In this document: positions 11,901 to 22,177 of the stretch, piece by piece
How positions within the stretch are numbered: the stretch's first letter is position 1
Layout: every line of letters starts with the position of its first letter
Assembly: GCA_019828565.1 (NCBI GenBank)
Contig: JAHDYR010000012.1
Location: forward strand, 1,669,780-1,733,779
Direction: 5' to 3'
Source of the DNA: Carpediemonas membranifera BICM
Lineage: Eukaryota; Protista; Fornicata
Length of the DNA stretch: 64,000 nucleotides
The notes under the pieces: generated by a model
Told to the model about the DNA's origin: nothing
The model's database searches: none
Seen by the model: the letters and a program-made list of their open reading frames with translations, nothing else
Translations under genes and position numbers: made by a program

Positions 11901-12903
11901 TGGCCCGCTACCAGAGGTCAACGGTTTCAGCTATATCTTGGTAATGGTTGACACGGCCTCAAGGTGGACAGAGCTGGTACCCCTACGGACTACGAAGGCC
12001 CTTGAAGCAGTAAGAGCATTTACGAATACGTGGCTACTACGGTACGGGGCGCCTAGAGTTCTCCAGTCAGACGGAGGGCGCCAGTTTGCAAACCGTTTGT
12101 TCGAGGATCTTGCTGGTCGAGTCGGGTTCTCGACCCATATCACAACTCCGTATCACCCGCAGTCCAATGGGATTGTAGAGCGGGCGAACTCTCGAATCGA
12201 ACGAATCTTGCGCTCCAGGAAGTATGAGCTCCAGACCGAGGATTGGGTCGACTGTTTACCAGTGGCACAATTTATTGTTAACTCAACACCCAGAGCGGCC
12301 CATCACCTCACGCCGGCTGAGATTATCTTTGGAAGCGACATGCGAGTGCCGAGTGAGATTGTCTTCACGAGCCAAGATGACAGCGCGGACTATCCGGCAG
12401 ATAATGGCGAGGCGGTGAAACTCGCGAGACAGATGGCCGCGGCACGCATCCGAGCCATGCAAGAGGACGCGCGCAACCGGGTTGGGTCCCCGCCGGTTAT
12501 TGATTCAGAGTGGGTGCTGGTGAAGTATCCGACTAAGCCACCTTCCAAGCTTGCGGCAGGTTGGCGAGGCCCAATGCAGCTAGTGAGCCCGGTTATCGTC
12601 GACAACTTACCGGTAGCATACAATGTGAGAGACGTGAACTCGGGTAAGGAGTTCAGGGTAGCATCCGAGCGCGTGAGGTCTTTCGAGGGTGACTTGTCAC
12701 GCGACTCAGCACAGGCCCTGGCAGCGACCACTGATGCCGAGTACGTTGTCGAGTGCATTTACGATTCATCCAATGAGAAGTCGATCAAGAATAGGAAGTT
12801 CCACGTGCACTGGAAAGGGTATGAGCCATGCGAGGACACTTGGGAGCCTTACGAGAACGTCAAGGACTGCGAAGCGTTAGATATATTTCTCGGAAAAGCA
12901 TAA
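8914..12903 (+). CDS. B Gag-Pol single ORF (2x CCHC, PR, RT, RNase H, IN, chromodomain), intact
   Basis: CQNCGKQGHFARDC, FDCGA, LDLSAGYHQ, YIDD, TDAS, GPL..DGG..ER, WRGP, HWKGYEPCEDTWEPY. Confidence 0.95.
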   Translation: MTENGPSVNEPSISAILAFHEKLTRHVQAGGKRRLIKRLGPAVLTFCSSSGVDVKQVYRRARRQKTSSSLIFRAPQVRMKKSGAEDLAFQAVVDAIKPQSAILQRQLFQLSVKGVHSGRFTQYLDKFRTRYRIIKPDLAPATIRQMFLNGILDEFLREEVKDAVVGMSLDETFITSLMICKKLEEARLISESYASLHPVSLTHPGSRVKSSRARPGRQERQQARPDQPPLQRQAPEPPHAYNHSSFQPDTRRPDRASKQCQNCGKQGHFARDCKRDKIKCAKCGKLGHMAKFCRSTGPVPVNDRKYTNYSTPARVWTMAGETTPSLPVVSGAVDGCAWGRILFDCGADIPLVNPASAQEAGLNATKLASPIHIKSPGGRIQTDTTYEVPVIMDKSPMTPKGVEATVTAYAVEMEYDMLLNYAVMVDWGILPHVGARSSDSSIEEDAQLPSTLERLERRLYNLRADMNDKQSRILARYDHCFHDRQGFSNLEPYDLVLKSDRVIASRSNYVPYQREHLFDQHLAELIEKKYVEQSFSPYASPVLLVPKGPDKTRMVVDFRKINDETEPFEYPISEIQTCLAKLGASKVFATLDLSAGYHQIQMSERSRQYTAFNTPRGKFQYTGMPFGLKNAGAHFQYSMERAFADLLGASCLIYIDDIVVFGRTEAEYIVNLTKVLKRADELNLRLNAEKSHFGQSTVEFLGWTVSGEGYGIAADRVHDIQELKLPKSRKAAQALMGFLNFVRDFVPHFSMVTRPLALAAAGKIGLGTPEQTKALALVKDLLCSAPILQHFDVTKRHVVMTDASDVGIGGVLLQDGKPVSYMSKAFTDVQTRWSTIEQEAYAIVSALQRWRRFLVWTPFTLLTDHRNLIYMARSSNAKVQRWYESIADLPFTIRHVPGVDNGAADGLSRVFAASKTPTATENEIHDAHLHGQAHLPIYTTVELLKARGKRAPIDQVAEVINKCPVCQLTAKPEDAKRSYLHTASVTPFDKVAIDTIGPLPEVNGFSYILVMVDTASRWTELVPLRTTKALEAVRAFTNTWLLRYGAPRVLQSDGGRQFANRLFEDLAGRVGFSTHITTPYHPQSNGIVERANSRIERILRSRKYELQTEDWVDCLPVAQFIVNSTPRAAHHLTPAEIIFGSDMRVPSEIVFTSQDDSADYPADNGEAVKLARQMAAARIRAMQEDARNRVGSPPVIDSEWVLVKYPTKPPSKLAAGWRGPMQLVSPVIVDNLPVAYNVRDVNSGKEFRVASERVRSFEGDLSRDSAQALAATTDAEYVVECIYDSSNEKSIKNRKFHVHWKGYEPCEDTWEPYENVKDCEALDIFLGKA

Positions 12904-12954
12904 GCCTACCACTTATACGTACCTGTAAAAGGCAGGTAAGGCAGCCAACAGAAT

Positions 12955-15900
12955 TTATTCTTCGTCGATCGCACCAGCAGACTCGCGCAGCCGGGCCAGG
13001 AGCAGCTCAGGGTGCCACTCAGGGCGAACACGCGGCCAAAGACGGGCATTGGTGAGGTAGTTGGTGATCGGGAGGCAAGTGCACATGGATTGCGTGAGCT
13101 GAGTGAGTCCAGGCACGGCGTAATTCTGATACTTAACCACAAGGGTGAAGCTTTCGCGGAACTGTTCGTTGTACAGCTCAATGTGCCTGAGGCACTCGAC
13201 GATCACATAGTCGAGTGACGGGTCAGACACCTGCGGCACGAGCTCGGCAGCGCTGATCGTGGTCTCGATCCGTGCGATGCGATCGTTTGTGAGCAGGGCG
13301 TAGTAGTCCGTCACAAACCGTGTCGCCTCGTGAGCAGACAGACGGTCGACGCGACGGGCCTGGGCCACCATCCAACAGCAGTACAAGGAAGGGTGCGAAG
13401 AGATCATGATGATCCGCATCAGGGACTGGTTCGCCAGGGTTCGGAGATAGGATGGCTGGCGATCAGCGAGATCGGGAGTGATGCGGGTCAGGGTCGCTAC
13501 CACGACGTCGACCGTAGATCGGGAGAAACAGCCGGACGTGACACCGTCAGAGGCGAGCAGAGCCTCGGCGAGGGCAACATCGGCAGGTGAGTCGATCTCA
13601 AAGTGGGACCGCAGTGCACGGCCCACGACGGCGTCGGTGACGAAGTCCGTCAGGAGCAAGAGGGACTGACGCGTCATGAGGTCCCCAGCCTCATCGCCAG
13701 CGCTGAAGACCTGTGTGCCGTGTTACGAATGAGTTTTATGCAACAAACTCCCGCAGTTTAGGGTCACACTTCCCCCCATGCGGACGCATTAACGGCGCCC
13801 GGAACTGCGGAACTTCTTCTTGGCGGCGGCGAACGCGGCTTCATGCTCTGGATGAGCGACGAGGTAATCATCGAGAGCCGCTAGCTGGTCATAGTACCGG
13901 TTATAGGGTACATAGGAGTCTTCGTCGGGTGTGAGGCCTTCCCAACGGATGAGGAGCTCCAATGAGCCGTTCTTCTTCTTCTTGTGACCGACGATCTCCT
14001 TGACGGGCTGTTCGCCTTGCTCGAAAGCGGCGATCCGCTCGAGCTCGGTGTCGGATAAATCGGTCTCGAATCGGACCAGTCTGTCGGCGTGGACCGTGCT
14101 GACGCATCTTGTGACGAGGTCACGGACGCGGTAGGTGTTCGGGTGTTCGCCCTTCCCCTCCATGCGGAAGGGTCCGCGCAGGGGGGTGTAGATCTTAGCC
14201 GGGGGCTTGCCCGGGTAGCGCAGGAGAACGTATTGTTCTCTCTCCCACGCATGAGTGTCTGCTGTGGCCTTGGCCTTGCGCGCCTCGTACGCGCGAATCT
14301 TGACGCGGGCGAGGGCTTGTAGAGCGGCTACGTCCTCCTGGAAGCGGACAATCTCACCTTCATCAACGCTCCCAGGGGTGCAGCTCTTCGTGGCGTTTGC
14401 CAGAGCGATCGGGGCGACCCGTAGCGTCGATTCTTTGCCGAACAGCAGTTCGAAAGGGGAGCGACCGGTGGTGGCGTGGCGGGTAGAGTTGATGACGTGT
14501 TGAGCGAGCGGTAAATAGGCGGGCCAGTCGCCGTCCTCTGCGTCTAGGAGGAGCGCTCTCATGCGAGACATGATCGTGCCGTTGAGTCGTTCAACGACTC
14601 CGTTGCTGGCCGGGTGGTAAGGGGTTGAGAACCTGTGCTGAAGACTGATGATGGCGTTACACTCGGCAATGAGGGCGTTACGGAATTGAGTGCCCTGGTC
14701 GGTTTGAATCTCCTTTGGGACTCCGAACGTGGACCACACATCCAGCATCGCTGCTGCAGCCTCTTCGGCCTTTGTAGTAGCGACCGGACGGAGGATCGTG
14801 AACTTGGAGAAGACATCCACGATCGTGATGATGTAGGACATGCCGGCCTCTTCCGGAAGGGGGCCTATTGTGTCAAGCTGGACCGTCTCGAAGGGCTTGA
14901 GTCGCTGCGTGGAGTGCCACTTCGTCTTCTCGCGGGCAGGGGGTCTAACCTTCTGGCAGACGGCGCAACTTCTGAGGGTCTCCCGGACGTCCGATTTCAT
15001 GTCGGGCCAAGACTGCCCGGCGTTGCGGAGATTTGCCATCGTCTGAGCGACGCTGACGTGGCCCTGTGCACCGGCGTGGGCCTGGTTGATGAGGTGACGG
15101 TGAGAACTGGAGACCTGTTCGATAGCGGCCTTGAGGTCGTCTCGGTCCTCTGGGACGCTGCTAGGACGGGACAGCGAGTCGGCGACGACGTTGTGGACGC
15201 CCTTGATGTGGGCGATGGAGTAGGGGTATTCGGTCATTGTCAGGCGCCAGCGAGTAAGCTTTTTCGTGCCCTCCTCGTCCGTCTTTCTCAGGAGCCAAAT
15301 AAGGTTCCGGTGATCGGTTCTGAGAGAGAACGGCTTAATCTTAAGGAGGGCTGAGAACTCCGGTCGAGTTACACAGTGGATGATCGCGTAAAGCTCCTGT
15401 TCGACGGTCGACCACCTTTGCTGAGTCTCGTCCAAGGTCTTGGAATAAAAAGCGAGGGGAACCTTCTCAACTCCTTCGCCCTGCCAGAGGACCCCGCCGA
15501 TCGCTACTGAGGAGGCATCGGTCTCCAAGGTCCAGGGCTTGTCTAAGTCTGGGAGGGCGAGCGCCGTGTGTTCGGTGACCAGGTCTTTCATCTTAGCGAA
15601 AGCGGCGTCCTGCTCGGCGCCCCAGGCCACGGGGGACGACTTCCCCGGAGAGCCCTTAAGCAGCCGGTTGAGAGGTGCTGCGGCGTCGGCGAGATGGGGA
15701 ATGTAATTCGACAAGTAGTTGAACTTGCCGAGGGATCGACGGAGTTCCGACGTGGTGGTCGGAGGAAAGAGGTCGCGGATGGCCTGGACTCGAGCGGGGG
15801 CAACGGATCTGCCCATCTCGTTAACGATGAAGCCGCACACCTCAACCTCGGAGAGGCCGAGGGCACACTTGTCGGCCTTCAGTCTGACGTTGGCCGCCAG

Positions 15901-18900
15901 TAGATGATCGAAGAGATCCGTGATGGCGCTCTTGAACTCTTCCTCCGTGTGCGAGTAAGTGAAGATATCGTCGACGTAGGCTTTGGAGCTCTTGCAGTCT
16001 TCCAACACCTCGTCCATCGCTCTCTGGAACTTGGCCGGGGCATTCTTGAGCCCGAAGGGGGTACGAAGAAACTCGTAATGACCGCCTGGGATAGTGAAGG
16101 CGGTGAGTGAGACGCTGTCGGGGTCCATACGTTGCTGCCAGTAGCCGCTTCGGAGGTCGAGCGTGCCGAAGAGTGAGCAGCCGCTTGCCTCATGGACGAA
16201 GGAGCAGATATCTGGTGTCGGGTAGCGATCGTCTTCGGTGGCTTCATTCAGAACGTTATACGCGACGCAGAACCTGTCCTCACCGTTCTTCTTCTTCGCC
16301 ATCACGTGTGGGGATGAGTACGGCGAGTCACTTGGGCGGATGACTAATTGTTGGAGCATCTTGTCGATTTCAGCGGCGGCGCTGGACGCTTGGGAACCCT
16401 TAAGGGGGCGTGGTCTTGCCTTCGGGAGCCTGTGGTCGCCAGGCTTCAGGGTGATCTTGTGTGGACGCAACTCGCTGCCGTCCTCTGGCAGCTCGCCGAA
16501 GAGCTCGCGGCGTTCGTATAAGAAGCCTTCGAGCCACTTAGTGAGGTCTGGATTGTCATCGTAAGGGATTCGGACCTTCTTCCACTCGTTATCAACATCA
16601 ATCTCATCTGTGCAGGAGTCGAGATACGGGTGTGGAGGCAGATTGTCGTTGTCGGAGATGGTGGCGGATGACGGGATCAGCAGTCTGTCGTTCATGAGGT
16701 AGCCCAACCTTCTGAGGAGGTCGCGGCCGATCAGGACCTTTCGGCGTTTGGCGCGGATCACCATCAGCAATGCGGTGGCCTGCACGGTCTTGCCATCGAT
16801 AGACGGGAGAGTGATGTCGACCTTTGCGGCCTTACCGATGGAGATGACCTCGTCGCCGGCGCCGAAGAGCTCGACTGAGGTGTCGATGAGCTGGTAATTC
16901 GGGACCTTCGCTAGTGCGGGCTCCGAGATGACTGAGACGCAGGCTCCGATATCGAACTTCGTCTTGATTTGGACACCGTTGATCGTGGCCGGGACGTTGA
17001 TGGGGTCGTTGTCGATCTCAACAGCCCCCACCTCATAGACGTCACCTTCGTCCTCGGACTCGGCGTCATCTGAGGCGTTGTTGTCGACTTCATGGACGTC
17101 GCGCTGGCCGCGCGAGTTGCGAAGCTTTGAGGAGTCCCTCAGGAACATGTTGCCGGCCCGACGGTCGGACTGCGTACCGCTGGTCTGCTTCTGGTCGTTC
17201 TTCCGCGGCTGAGAGGAGCCGGAGGTGCCCTTGGACTGGTTGTCCTTCTGCCGTGCGAGGAACCTGCATGACTCTGTCGTATGGTTACTGTTCCACCCAT
17301 GAGACTTGCACCACTTGTTGAAGTGCTGTGGGATGGCATACTTGTGCTTGTCTTTGAACTGGAGATAGGGATCGCTTGTATGGGGCAGTACTGTCGGCTT
17401 TTGCTTGCCAGGGGCGCGACGGCCGCTGTCTTTCTGGTCGGCGGGTTGGGATGTTACCGCGAACGCCCGCCACGGGACAATAACGCGTTCGTCGTGATCG
17501 ACGTCGAGGTTCTCGAGGCGAGAAAGAAGATCGTCGATTGACTCGGCTGGGTCCTCGATGATGTCCTCGTAAAGAGCCTCGGCGTCCTTGCTATAGCCCT
17601 TGAGGAAGATCGACCCCAGTAAGCGCTCGGTCGAGTTGTAGGTTAGTGCCTCGATGTCTGGGACGCATGGATCGTAAGCGTTGAGGATCCTACGTAGCTT
17701 GAAGACGGCGAGTCGGTGCTCGACGGCTGGGCCGAAGAATCTAAGGCCGGATGCCTTGTCGCGCACCATCTTCAGTCTCGATCCCATGTCGAGGGTCGGT
17801 AGGAGCGTATAAACGATGTAGGGGATGATCGCCTTTGCCTCGGCGCGGAGGTAAGCGTAAACGTCGGGGAAATCAGCACGCTTTGGCCAGGCGGCCAGGT
17901 CGGGCTTCTCATCTATGGTGGGCTCCGGGACCTTGTCAGAGAAATCTGGGAGTGTCATGTCGGTCCCGTCAGGCACGGGGACAGTCGGGGTTGCGGCGCT
18001 GAAGAGGTCGGACCATCTGTTGGCCGCGGGGTCCTTCATGTACGAGGTGATGAATGTCCGGGCCTTCTCAGTGGCCTCCGGGATTGCGCGTTGTATCTCT
18101 GCCGAGATTGACTCCTTTGTCAGGCTGGTGAGGGCCGGGTCCTTGAAGTTTGAAGAGACCCGCACACACTCTGCGTACTGCGCTCGCTTGCAGGCCGCCT
18201 CAAAGGCAGCAGCGAAACGCTTGGCGATTGCATCTGCGGTGGGATTGTGGGATATAGCTTGCGGAGCCTCGTCCGAACGGGCCTGAGCTCGGGCTTCGGC
18301 GTCAGACATAATGGAGGTCTGGAGGCTCTCAAGAGTGGGAAATTTCGCTGTCGGACGCCAATCACGCTTTAACTTCGCGACCGTGTCCGCTGTGAGCGTT
18401 TGGATGAAAGAAGTTGGGTTTCTCTCGTGGATAATTGCAGTGGTGTAATCCGCGAGCGCCTGGATTGCGCTTTCTGGATCATTAGTCGTGAATTGCTTCA
18501 TTTCACCGGTAATATCGATATTGTGCCGTGTTACGAATGAGTTTTATGCAACAAACTCCCGCAGTTTAGGGTCACACCTGGCCGGTCCTCAGACGGGACA
18601 GCATGCCCTGGAGGGGCAGCTCGAAGCAGTTCGAGACGCGACCAGAGACCGAAGCGATTACGGTCTGGAAACGGGCTTCCCGCTCCGCCAGGTCCGCCCG
18701 ATGAGGTCCTTGGAGGTGCCCGCGGAGCACCTGGCGGGTGATGGGGCGGTTGGAGGTCCGGCGCTGGGCGGCCTCAACCGTGCTGACAGCATGACCAGCT
18801 TGGGCAGAACAAGTGGCGACAGCCACGACGCGTCCGGTCAAGGTGCGACGCGTACCTTCATCGTCGACGACAACACCCGTTACGCGGCGGATATCCTCAG

Positions 18901-19156
18901 GTGGGTGCCGGCGGGTGATCGCGCGAGCCGCAGGAACCTCGATGACGACGTCCTGTGGCGATGACGGCTCAACAATGGGTGCTGAGGAAGATTCCTCGGG
19001 ACGAGCACGTCTCTGGGGCATATCGGTGCTGTCCGGCACGAGCACGGACTGGTGTTTGCGCTTCAGAGCGCGGAGACGTTCAGCAACGGGCAGATTGCCG
19101 TCATTGCCAGCAAGATCAGCGATCAGTGCGTCCAAATCATGCACAAGGTTCTCCAT
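12955..19156 (-). CDS. B antisense accessory ORF, 444 aa after removing element C (19156-18577 + 13709-12955); C-terminal chromodomain-like region
   Basis: The two listed ORFs join in frame across TSD CCTG (..RTGQ-VFSAGDEAGDLMTRQ..). C-terminal DYVIVECLRH..LVVKYQNY. Confidence 0.75.
13789..18501 (-). CDS. C Gag-Pol single ORF, 1570 aa, intact
   Basis: CHHC-type knuckle CKSHGWNSNHTTESC, protease FDIGA, RT YVDD, RNase H TDAS, integrase, chromodomain IRWEGLTPDEDS. Confidence 0.95.
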   Translation of the reverse strand: MKQFTTNDPESAIQALADYTTAIIHERNPTSFIQTLTADTVAKLKRDWRPTAKFPTLESLQTSIMSDAEARAQARSDEAPQAISHNPTADAIAKRFAAAFEAACKRAQYAECVRVSSNFKDPALTSLTKESISAEIQRAIPEATEKARTFITSYMKDPAANRWSDLFSAATPTVPVPDGTDMTLPDFSDKVPEPTIDEKPDLAAWPKRADFPDVYAYLRAEAKAIIPYIVYTLLPTLDMGSRLKMVRDKASGLRFFGPAVEHRLAVFKLRRILNAYDPCVPDIEALTYNSTERLLGSIFLKGYSKDAEALYEDIIEDPAESIDDLLSRLENLDVDHDERVIVPWRAFAVTSQPADQKDSGRRAPGKQKPTVLPHTSDPYLQFKDKHKYAIPQHFNKWCKSHGWNSNHTTESCRFLARQKDNQSKGTSGSSQPRKNDQKQTSGTQSDRRAGNMFLRDSSKLRNSRGQRDVHEVDNNASDDAESEDEGDVYEVGAVEIDNDPINVPATINGVQIKTKFDIGACVSVISEPALAKVPNYQLIDTSVELFGAGDEVISIGKAAKVDITLPSIDGKTVQATALLMVIRAKRRKVLIGRDLLRRLGYLMNDRLLIPSSATISDNDNLPPHPYLDSCTDEIDVDNEWKKVRIPYDDNPDLTKWLEGFLYERRELFGELPEDGSELRPHKITLKPGDHRLPKARPRPLKGSQASSAAAEIDKMLQQLVIRPSDSPYSSPHVMAKKKNGEDRFCVAYNVLNEATEDDRYPTPDICSFVHEASGCSLFGTLDLRSGYWQQRMDPDSVSLTAFTIPGGHYEFLRTPFGLKNAPAKFQRAMDEVLEDCKSSKAYVDDIFTYSHTEEEFKSAITDLFDHLLAANVRLKADKCALGLSEVEVCGFIVNEMGRSVAPARVQAIRDLFPPTTTSELRRSLGKFNYLSNYIPHLADAAAPLNRLLKGSPGKSSPVAWGAEQDAAFAKMKDLVTEHTALALPDLDKPWTLETDASSVAIGGVLWQGEGVEKVPLAFYSKTLDETQQRWSTVEQELYAIIHCVTRPEFSALLKIKPFSLRTDHRNLIWLLRKTDEEGTKKLTRWRLTMTEYPYSIAHIKGVHNVVADSLSRPSSVPEDRDDLKAAIEQVSSSHRHLINQAHAGAQGHVSVAQTMANLRNAGQSWPDMKSDVRETLRSCAVCQKVRPPAREKTKWHSTQRLKPFETVQLDTIGPLPEEAGMSYIITIVDVFSKFTILRPVATTKAEEAAAAMLDVWSTFGVPKEIQTDQGTQFRNALIAECNAIISLQHRFSTPYHPASNGVVERLNGTIMSRMRALLLDAEDGDWPAYLPLAQHVINSTRHATTGRSPFELLFGKESTLRVAPIALANATKSCTPGSVDEGEIVRFQEDVAALQALARVKIRAYEARKAKATADTHAWEREQYVLLRYPGKPPAKIYTPLRGPFRMEGKGEHPNTYRVRDLVTRCVSTVHADRLVRFETDLSDTELERIAAFEQGEQPVKEIVGHKKKKNGSLELLIRWEGLTPDEDSYVPYNRYYDQLAALDDYLVAHPEHEAAFAAAKKKFRSSGRR
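18511..18522. promoter_or_regulatory. Palindrome at PBS position of C: AATATCGATATT
   Basis: Perfect 12-bp palindrome overlapping the 5' LTR end. Confidence 0.85.
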
Positions 19157-22100
19157 TAGGCCGTATGGAAGTATTAACCGCGGTCAAAACTTCATTTACG
19201 TGTTACATGATACAAAAACGTAGGACCTGGGTCATGACCAGGACTCCACACAGCTAAGTCAGGACGCTGAATAGCATGGTGCAACGCGTAATTTACGAAA
19301 GCAGACGGGTTAGGCAGAATTCGCCGACCGAGAAAGGGTCCGTTTGGTGAACCCCGATGAACGCTTGTTGAGGACGATAAGTCCGCAAAATCACGATATT
19401 TATACGTCTATGAGACGAATACTGATGTTGTTAGTGTTATAGAGCAATATTCGCGGCGTCCCAACTGTCGACGAACGAGAAAAGCAAAAAAAGGCCATAT
19501 CTCGGCAACGAAGAGGCTTTGAGGCCTCTAGAGGCGTTATTCGAACGCTATGTAAGAATGAGGGCTTTCAAGGCCGCATACCATGGTGGTTTCGAACTGA
19601 AGCCATTTGTGCATTTTAAGGATCCGAATGAACTAATCGACGACCATACGGCCCAGTAATGGCCCGTGGGAGGGCGGTAAGCCCGGGTAAGACTAACCCT
19701 TGAGCGTATGACGCAATACTTACACAGTGGTACCACGAAATTCTGAGTCAATCAATTTGGAGATACGTCACCACAGAACAACTACGGTTGTACCGGACAC
19801 CCTTACGTGGCAGTAAGAGTATGTCAACGGTGTTCCGGCTGCTGTGCTACCCACAGTTAGCGACGGTGAAGCAAGGGTTACCGAGCTAAGGCAGAGTACC
19901 CTTCCCGGGCACTGGGCTATTCCCCAGCCGCCAACGGTGAAGTAGGTTAGCACAGGCTTTCCCCTGTGAGGCCTACCGGCACAAGTTATTCATACTCAAG
20001 TCAGTTGAGCATGGAGGGGCAGTGTCAGTCAGTACAATTTAAGAACATTTATGGATTGACTTCGACACCCCTGTGTCGAAGTCTTTTCCCCCAGTAAAAC
20101 AGGTATAGTCAAACCACAGGGTGACAAGAGGCTATGCGTAGACTACCGACAGCTGAACAGGCTGACGGTGGACTATGACTACTGTTACCTTACAGTACCC
20201 GCTGCCCACCATATCCTCATTGATAGAGATGCTGGAGGGCAACTCCAAGTTCAGTACGCTGGACCTGAAGGCCGCGTTCAACCAGGTCGAGCTGGATGAG
20301 GATTCGAAGGGCCTCACAGCGTTCGCGACTCAGGAAGGCCAGTTTGAGTACAACAGGATGCCGTTTGGGCTCAAGTGTGCGGCGGCCCATATGCAGATGG
20401 CCATCGAGTCAGTACTGGGCGACCTCATCGGGCGCGCGTGCCTCGTATACATCGACGATATAGTCGTGTTCGGGGCCGACCAGGAGCAGCATGACGCCAA
20501 CCTGGACGAGGTGGTTGACCGGCTCTTGAAGCACAAGGTGGGGCTGGGCGAGGCGAAGTGCGTATTTGACAAGGAGGAGATCGAGTATGTGGGATGGATT
20601 GTCAGTGGAGAGCACAAGCGGATCGACCCGAAGCGAGTCGAGCACATCCAGAACATGCCCATGCCGGACTCCATTCCCGCGGTCAGGGGGTTCCTGGGCA
20701 CGGTTAACTTCGTGCACGACTGTATACCCCACTTGGCGTGGCGTGAGAGATGCCTACATCGCTTAGAGAAGAAGGACGCAGTGTTTGAGCGAGGCTGGAC
20801 ACCGGAGTGCGTCGAAGCCGTCAACACCATCAAGGCGGAGATCGCCAAGGCCGAGGCACTATGCATCCCCGGCGCAGAAGAACCACTCGAGCTGTATACC
20901 GACGCGTGCGAACACGGAGTGGGCGCAGTCCTCATGGCCAAGCGGGGCGACAAGCTCCTTCCGGTCGGGTATTTCTCCAAAGCCATCCAGGAAGACACGT
21001 CGAGGGCGAGGTGGAATATGACCCAGAAGGAGACGTTCGCCATCAAGGAAGGGGTCAAGCACTTCATTTCCTGAAGGGACGGAAGTTCACCGTCGTTACC
21101 GATCACCGCAACCTGTTGTGGATGGACCAGTCCGAGAACACGGTAGTGCAGCGGTGGGCCCTAGAGTTGCGGCAGCAGTACAACTTTGAGATCAGACATG
21201 TCGCCGGGGTGGACAACTCAGCGGCAGACTGGCTGTCCCGCCACCCGAGGAAGACAGCAGGGGAAGCGACCGAGAGCGTCTACGTAGCCAGCCCGGGTGA
21301 CGGCGAGACCCCGCATACATTGCCTGAGAGCCAAAAAGAGGCGCGGTTCAAGGAGGTACACGGAGCCGGCAAGGGCCACCATGGTGTGCAGCGGACACTA
21401 TGGAAGCTAGAGGACCGCGGGCTATTGTGGGAAGAGGCCGAGACCGATGTGTCAAGGATGGTCAAACAGTGCCCCATATGTCAGAAGTCCGGGCTAGGGG
21501 CCGACCCGTACCAGCTGGTACCCAGAGAGCCGCTCGGGCCATATGGCCGAGTGTTCGTGGACACCATTGTCATGAACGAGGCCGACGGTGAGTACAGGAA
21601 CATCGTCGTCGTTACCTTACCTTACAGTCGTGGAGGAGACGTCACGCTGGGTCACCCCCATACCATTGAAGTCAACGTCCTCGCGCGAGACCATCGAGGC
21701 GCTAGTCCGGCACTACCTGACCCACTTCCCGGTGCCGGCCGAGTGGGTGGCTGACAATGGGTCACAGTTCGCCTCCACCGAATTCCACGCATGGGCACAG
21801 GAGACTGGTGCGAAGGTAGACCACACCACGCCATATTACCACGAGGAGAATGGCGTGGTCGAGCGGTGGAACAAGGAGGTCAATCGTCACCTGAGGTGTG
21901 AGATGTACGAGCGGCAGACCCACAGGTGGGCCAGCCTGCTACCTGCCATCCAGAATATAATCAACTCCGCCCGATCGAAGGCGACCGGGTCGTCTGCATG
22001 GAGGTTGATAGTGGCAGACGGGACCAAGGCGTCCGTTGACAAGCTCAAAGCACAGAGGATGGAGGAGACCGAGGCTGTCATGGGTCTCACCCAAGATTAC

Positions 22101-22177
22101 ACAGATTTATATTGTCGAAGCCAGAATAAATGACGCATTCATTCTCGACTTCATGCGTCATAATTGTATTGATTCTC

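Larger units (their letters stand above)
13714..18576 (-). mobile_element. Element C: intact chromodomain Gypsy element with 55-bp LTRs
   Basis: Identical LTRs at 13714-13768 and 18522-18576. TSD CCTG. PPT GGGGGAAG on the minus strand. Confidence 0.95.
8803..20118 (+). mobile_element. Element B: full-length chromodomain Ty3/Gypsy element with antisense accessory gene (interrupted by C)
   Basis: Identical 96-bp TG..CA LTRs at 8803-8898 and 20023-20118. TSD GGGT. PPT GGAGGGGCAG. Confidence 0.95.

Noticed and set aside
12955-19156. Antisense ORFs as env genes
   Set aside because: They are on the opposite strand and have no evident signal peptide or transmembrane anchor.
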